NCBI GenBank assembly: GCA_963575745.1
Contig: CAUYUJ010000223.1
Coordinates: 1-64,000 of the forward strand
DNA from: Prorocentrum cordatum
Lineage: Eukaryota
Direction of reading: 5' to 3'
DNA: 64,000 bases
Each line of letters begins with the position of its first letter. The first letter of the stretch is position 1. The notes beneath the pieces were generated by a model, which was given only the letters and a program-made list of their open reading frames with translations, searched no databases and was not told the DNA's origin. The position numbers and the translations under genes are program-made. Positions 58,136 through 64,000 of this stretch are shown piece after piece.

Positions 58136-61100
58136 TTATCCGCCCTCCTCTTCCTCCTCCTCCCCTCCCTGCTTCTGGTCATGAGGGGGCCCCGGATCAC
58201 CCTCATCCCTCCTGAGGGCCTCGTCAATGAGAGCTCTGCGAGAGGCCCCCCGAGAACGTGACTTCAACGAAAGGTTGAGCGCCCTCTCGTTAATATGTCC
58301 TCCCTCGTCCACCAGGCACAGGGTCCCCCTACAAAGCAAATCGTGGAGTGCCAAGTTTCCCTTGCCTGGGTCCGCGTGGGTAAGAGGGTCGGCCGGCATG
58401 CGGCCGTGGGGGGGCCACCTCGCTGACGAGCCAATGCAGGCCACACTGTCTCTTACTACCGCCAACTCCACTGAATTCCGCCGGTCCGCGCGAGAGCCAG
58501 CCGCATTCCGGGACAGAGTGTCAAACACACTCTTCGCATCAACCGCGGAAAGGGCCTCAGCCTTTTCCCCCAACGAACATTCTCGAGACAAAATGACCGA
58601 GAATGGGGCGGCCACCTGATACCAGTCAGGCCGGGGCACGTCGCCATGCACGGCGTCGCGCCAGAGCACTTGCAGCCACTGGGCCTCCGCCGCAGCACTG
58701 CTGAGAGAAAGAGTCTCTGCCGCCACGATGGAAGCCACCACGCGCTTCAACCTCTGGGATCTTCAGGACAGGAGGGAGACACGAGCACGCGCATTGTTGC
58801 GGATCCTGGAGTCGGCCGACAGGACTAACCAGGCCCCCTGGGCCCCGCCACGTTTCGCGCTCCCGGGACCTCCCGCGTCAGAGGCGGTCACGAACAAGAG
58901 AGAGTGAGGGTCCAGGGCCCAGACGGTGAGACGCTGCGAGGCGGTCGCCTTTAAGTAGCGACATATCTTCACGATCATCAGTCCGTCTGCCACCGTGGGT
59001 TGTGGCATCGCAGAGGCTAGCAGGGAGGCTCCGCCCGCCACATCGGGGCGCGACTCGCGTGCTACCCACTGAACTTGGGCGATCACTGCCCTAAATGATC
59101 GCACTTCCTCCGGGGTAAGGGGGTCTTCCACGTTGGCTCTGCGGGTTTTGTCCAGATGGAGCACCGACAAGTGTTCACGAATGTACTTCTCCTGATCTAT
59201 GGAAATGCGATCGCTATACTGCTTAAAATGCCTTCCCCCATAGTCCGCCCCGGACTCCTGCCACTTGCCGAAGTGGAATCTGGAGGTCAAACTTTTCCTG
59301 AGTCCAGGAACAAACTCTTTAGTACCAGCAACGATCAGGTCGTCGACTTCGATCAAGATCAGACCCTCAAGGGCCCCCCAGCGGTCACGTTTTAACCACA
59401 AACACGGTTCCAGCATCGACTTTTGGAAGCCCAGGGTCTCTAAATAATATGTCAACGTCCTGTGCCAGAGAAGCGGAGCATCGTTGAGGCCGTACACTGG
59501 CGCAACAAGCTCGATCAGTTGATCCGAAGAGAGCGGCAGGCATTGACACGGCTCCACGAATATCGCACCGTTGGGTCGTTTCAGCTTCTCGCCCCGGCAA
59601 AGCGCATTCTTGGCATCGGCTATATTCAGGGTTCACCCGTGTGAAGCGATAACCTGCAACGTCATAACTACGCTCTCGGTCTGAGGGGCGGGGGCATACA
59701 CTCGCAAAGACTCCCCGTCTGGGTCCTGGTGGCCATGGACGCACCACCTGGATTTCGCGACTGTTTTTTCCCAACTCCCTCCACGGGCTTCTTTCTCCGG
59801 ACCATCCTAGAGCTCAGAATCCGATCTGGATGCCTCCGCCGAACGGCCCGGGACTCCTCCCGGGAAAGCGCCCTGACAGCCCCCGTGGACAACATGGCTT
59901 GCCACTCTTTAAGATCGGCCTGCTCGAAATCACGGCGCTCGTCCGCGGTCAAATCTTTCCAGCGGACCTCAGCTCCACGAGGGTTGGGGGGCTTGGAAGA
60001 GTCAACCGAGGCACCGGCGGCAAAGGTCGCGCCGTCCTTGGCCTCGGCTGGACCGTTCAAATGCAGTAAAGTCGAGAGGTCGAGGCCACCGGCCGTCGAC
60101 CCCCACACGGAGCTCGTCGATCAATCCTCGATCCTGTTCATCATCGATTTCGTCCCAGAGGTCCGGGCCCTCGTGAGGGCCCTCCGTCTCCGCCTGAAGC
60201 GACGGGTCCTCGGTCTCCAGGGCCTCGGTCCGACCTGGGGATCGACTTCGAGCTCGAGGTGCGGCCTGCCCGGAGACTGGCTCGGCCCCCGCGCCTCGCG
60301 GGGGCACAAAGCTCGGTGCGCGCCTGGCCCGAGGGACGGAAACTTCTCGCCCTGAGCCTATGGGTTTAGACAACCTCTGATCGTTCCCCTCAGATCCGCT
60401 CCGACCCCCGACGGGGCCCCCGGCGTCGGCACCTCGATTGACATATCTCCCCAAGTCCATCGGCTGGGGAGGCGGAGCCGGAGCGTCCAGAGCCCTGCGA
60501 AGGTCCTCCGGGAGCTCGGTCGCCGCTTCTCTCTCGCGCGCAGCCCTGAGGACGGCTCCCGGGGTAGGGGAGGCCTCCTCGATAGGCGTGAGCCGCGGAC
60601 GCTGGAGAGGGGGCTCTCCGCGTTCGTGGGATCCGGCGGCGTCTGCCTCGGGCCGGCGGGAGGCCGAGCCGGGCCCCCTCGAGGCCGATCCTCCGGCTTC
60701 CAGCGCGGGCCCTACAGACGCGGAAGACCCCCCGGACATCATGCGAGACATCGCCAGCCCCGACGGGAGACCGGTGACGTCTGCGCTGCCGACACTGGGG
60801 GCCGGCTCGCGGACCCGCGCCGCGCCCTCGATCCTGGCTTCGGACAGCACGCGGGTCTCCGGGGACGGCGGTACGGCAGCAGAGGCCTCGGGCACATCCC
60901 ATGCCTCGGGAGGAGGAGGACCCTCAGCTGCCACGTCAATGGCGCCGGATCGCCGAGCGGGGTTCTTAATCTGCTCGCGCAAGCGGTCAAAACTCGAGCT
61001 CTCGAGGAGCTCTGCTCCCAAAGTTTCACTGCGCGTCGCCGGCCGCACCTGCTCGGCCGAACACTTGAGCAGTCGTGCCCGCATAGCCACCCAGACAGTT

Positions 61101-64000
61101 CCCCCGGGGCCCCCAGACTGAAACACCACCACCCCCGGTCCCGTCCACCTATCTCTCTGCAGCGAGTGGGATCGGTTCGACGACGTGATACGACGAAACG
61201 CGTAGACCCCCTGACCCGGGAAAAAGGAGCGGTCCACGTGCTTCTTGGCCAGCGACGCCTCAGCAAGTCTCGAGCGAGCATCCAGAGCGGCGAGCGATCT
61301 CCGGGCGGCCTCCCTGATCCGATGCTGTCGAGCGAAGGTGGCCGCCGCCGAGTCACTGTCCGCCGCTCCGGGCTGGATGTCTTCTGAACCGACAAGGTCG
61401 AGCCCGTCGTCGGACAGGAGGCTTCTTGGAAGGCGAGGGTTCTCGCCGAAGACGAGCTGCGCCGGCGAAAAGCCACCGCGATGAAAGCTGCGGTTCTTCG
61501 CCACCACCACCTCGCACAGCAGCAAATCCGTCTCGTCACGAGAGGTAGGACTGCATCCCTGGGCCGCCTTCGACAGAGCTTCTTTCACGATCCCCCCGTG
61601 ACGCTCACTTTTCCCGTTGTGATGAGGTGAGTTAGCTGGCACCACGTGAACAAAGATGCCGAGGCGCTCCGCACCTCGGGCAAAAACAGCTTCGAATTCG
61701 GCGCCTCCGTCGCACATCAGCATCTCGGGGGCTCCGAACGGTCGGACCCAGTATCTCATGAATGCCGCCCAAACCGACCTCGAAGTATCATCGCTCACGA
61801 GAACGCACTGCTGGAATGAGGTGCCGTGGTCAACGACGTTCATGACCGGGGTGCTGACCCCGTCCACATCAAGGTAGAAGAGGTCAATAGCAACCATTTT
61901 ATTAAAAGCGTAAGTGTGCGGTAAGTGCGCTTTACGTCTCCACCCCGGACGAGCATGGGGCTCGCACTGGTCACGCCTGAAACCGTCCTTGACCCATCTC
62001 AATACGTCAATCCGAGCCCCCGCAATTCTCAAAGCCCTCAGGAAATCCCCCCTTCGGGGGTGTCCCAAATTAACGTGCAGACGCTCGACCTCTCGCTTGA
62101 GGTCAGGAACAAGATCAGGCTCCGGACCCCCCAGCCCGGGGCCGGACTCGCCCTTCCGGGGGGGAGGTCGAGTCTCCTGCTCGTCGCCACTGCTTCCGCC
62201 CTCCATGGCTTCCGCCGGGCCTTCCACCTCGTCCACCAGAAAGGAGGCGAGCTCGTCGCCCGAGGTCTCAGCAGACTCGACCTCCCCGAGAGCGCTGACA
62301 GAAGCCCCAGCCGAAAGGCGACGCCACACGGCCAGCTCGATGCCCGTCGCCATCGCGGTCACCAGCGCCTCAGGATAGATCTCCGACCGCTTCGTCCTGG
62401 CGGGGCCGACTAAAGAGAGATGAGCGTGCTCACCCGAACAGTGTCGATCACAGCACGTGAGAAAATCGGGACTATTACCCATGACGGTAGTCCTCTTCCG
62501 AGAGGGCAGGGGCGAATCCGGGGGGTCTTTTAGCCCGAACTCGCACTGGTCGAATGAGATCGTGTCAACCCCGGGCAGGGCCCGGACCGCACGCGCGGCT
62601 TCGAGCTCCCAGGAGCTCGCCGCGCAGGGATGCTCCATCGCAAAAAACCGGCCCCGGGACGCCTGATACTCAGCCACGCGCATGCACAGGTGAACGTATC
62701 TTAGGCCTCGCTCCTCCTCTTCTTGCTGCCGTTCTGGGTCCATCCGCCCCCAGTTGGGGACTCGAGCTTGTGAGAAGGCCATGCGCACCGGAGACATGGC
62801 CACGAACATCGGGGCCTCCAGCTCGAGCACAGCCCACAGCTTGGCCTCCCCCTTGGCGGCCCCCAGGTCCACCCCAGTGAGAACGCCCATCGCCTCTGAG
62901 ACTCTGCACCCTCGACGCCTAAGCTCGGCGGTAACCCGGGGGGGGGGGGATCTCCAAGGCCAGCGCCCCGCCTCGGCGCTCCTCGAGCCTCTTGAGCTCG
63001 CGCTTCCGAAGGGCCTGGGCCGCTCTGAGGCCCTGGCCATCTAAGGCACGCGCGGTAGCGTCTCGAGCACGTCGGGGGATCGTGGCCCAGGGAGGGGCGA
63101 TGCTCAGCTGGCCATCTAGGGCCGCGGCCGCGAAGCGGTCCTCCTCGATGATCGTCAACCTCCTGCTTTCCTTTCCTCTGGCTGGCTCCTCCTGCTGCTG
63201 CTTCCTCTCCTCCTCGGTTTGGCTCGAGCTCTTTTCGCACCAGAACGTCACGCTGCAGGAGCCTCGCCCTGCGGTTCCTATCTTTTGGACGGCCTCGCTG
63301 GCTCCGATGGTTCCCCAGAGTCCTGAGACGAGAATGGCCCCGGACCTGTCCCTGACCTCCAGCCACCTGGCCCCTTCTGGCATCGAATTCCCTGGAGCTC
63401 CCCCTCCACTGGCGTGGAGCGCGAGGCCCGAAAAGAAACCAATGCTGCCGGCACGAGGGAGAGGCACTTGCTGCCAGCCTTTCGCCGCCACGACCTCTTC
63501 GCGAGTGGCCTCACTCCTCTGGTCGAGCTCCCAGACGCCGAGAACCCTCCTCGAGTCTTTCCTGAAACCTGATCTGAACCCCAAGCGGTTGCAATAAACG
63601 TCGAAGTCGCGGGCAAACACGTGCTCAGGCAGGGCCGCGACTGAGCCTAGGCGGGACCTCAGCTCGGCGCTCAGGAGGCCGGGCTCTAGGTCACTCAACC
63701 GGGAGATGGACGCGAGCGGGCGCCCTCCTTCTCCTCCTTCTCTGCTCTCTCCGCCGCCCGGATCAGCGTCACCAGGCGCAGCATGTCGCCATCCTCGAGG
63801 CTGAACTTGGACGGGGGAATGGCCATCTTCTGCTGCATCTCGCGAATGTGCTCGGTCTGAGTCGCGACCGTCTGCACCATCTGGCTGAAGCAGGCCTCGT
63901 TTCCCTTCTTCTGAGACTCTATCACCGTCGTCATGTCGTAGAGCGCCGGCTGCATCTCGGCCACGGTCATGGCTCGCATGTGCGGAGGCGGGTTGCGACG
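58136..64000 (-). mobile_element. Ty1/Copia LTR retrotransposon polyprotein, frameshifted, running off the window end
   Basis: Order integrase-RT-RNase H: LHVNLGHP..DQC, AIDLF, VVDHGT, CDGGAEF, HHNGKSERHGG; RT ILSSRMVRRKK, PVYGLNDAPLLW, IEVDD; RNase H TASDAG, KRVVASIVAAE, VDAKSVFD, ADPLT. LTR not resolved. Confidence 0.92.
62340..62965 (-). other. Cytosine-5 methyltransferase-like domain upstream of the Copia integrase
   Basis: LEI..PPRV, TGVDL, MSPVR (SPxC-like), FAMEHP, DQCEFGL, RKRT, IYP in C5-MTase motif order. Confidence 0.65.

Overview
Eukaryotic, GC-rich, almost entirely transposon-derived DNA with no confidently identifiable host gene, rRNA, tRNA or CRISPR array. The element types and spliced-leader-like relics point to a dinoflagellate (inference). 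In order: a decayed CMC/EnSpm-like transposase; a DIRS-like gag/RT/RNase H element with no visible tyrosine recombinase; a LINE fragment; a CRE-like RLE retrotransposon remnant; a ~113-bp satellite split by LINE insertions; three decayed APE-RT-RNase H LINEs on the + strand; one near-intact 8.7-kb APE-RT-RNase H LINE (1982-aa ORF2) bounded by an exact 19-bp target-site duplication inside a (CCT)n tract; an L1/Tx1-like LINE with a J-domain-like ORF1 segment, interrupted by a Helentron/HINE-like insert; and a Copia element carrying a cytosine-methyltransferase-like domain. Most notable: conserved motifs in the decayed elements are repeatedly hit by A:T-to-G:C changes, the opposite of ordinary CpG decay, and SL-like sequence sits at the 5' boundary of up to three elements. 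All domain calls are by-eye motif recognition, not database searches. Most ORFs in the supplied track are artefacts of high GC and microsatellites.
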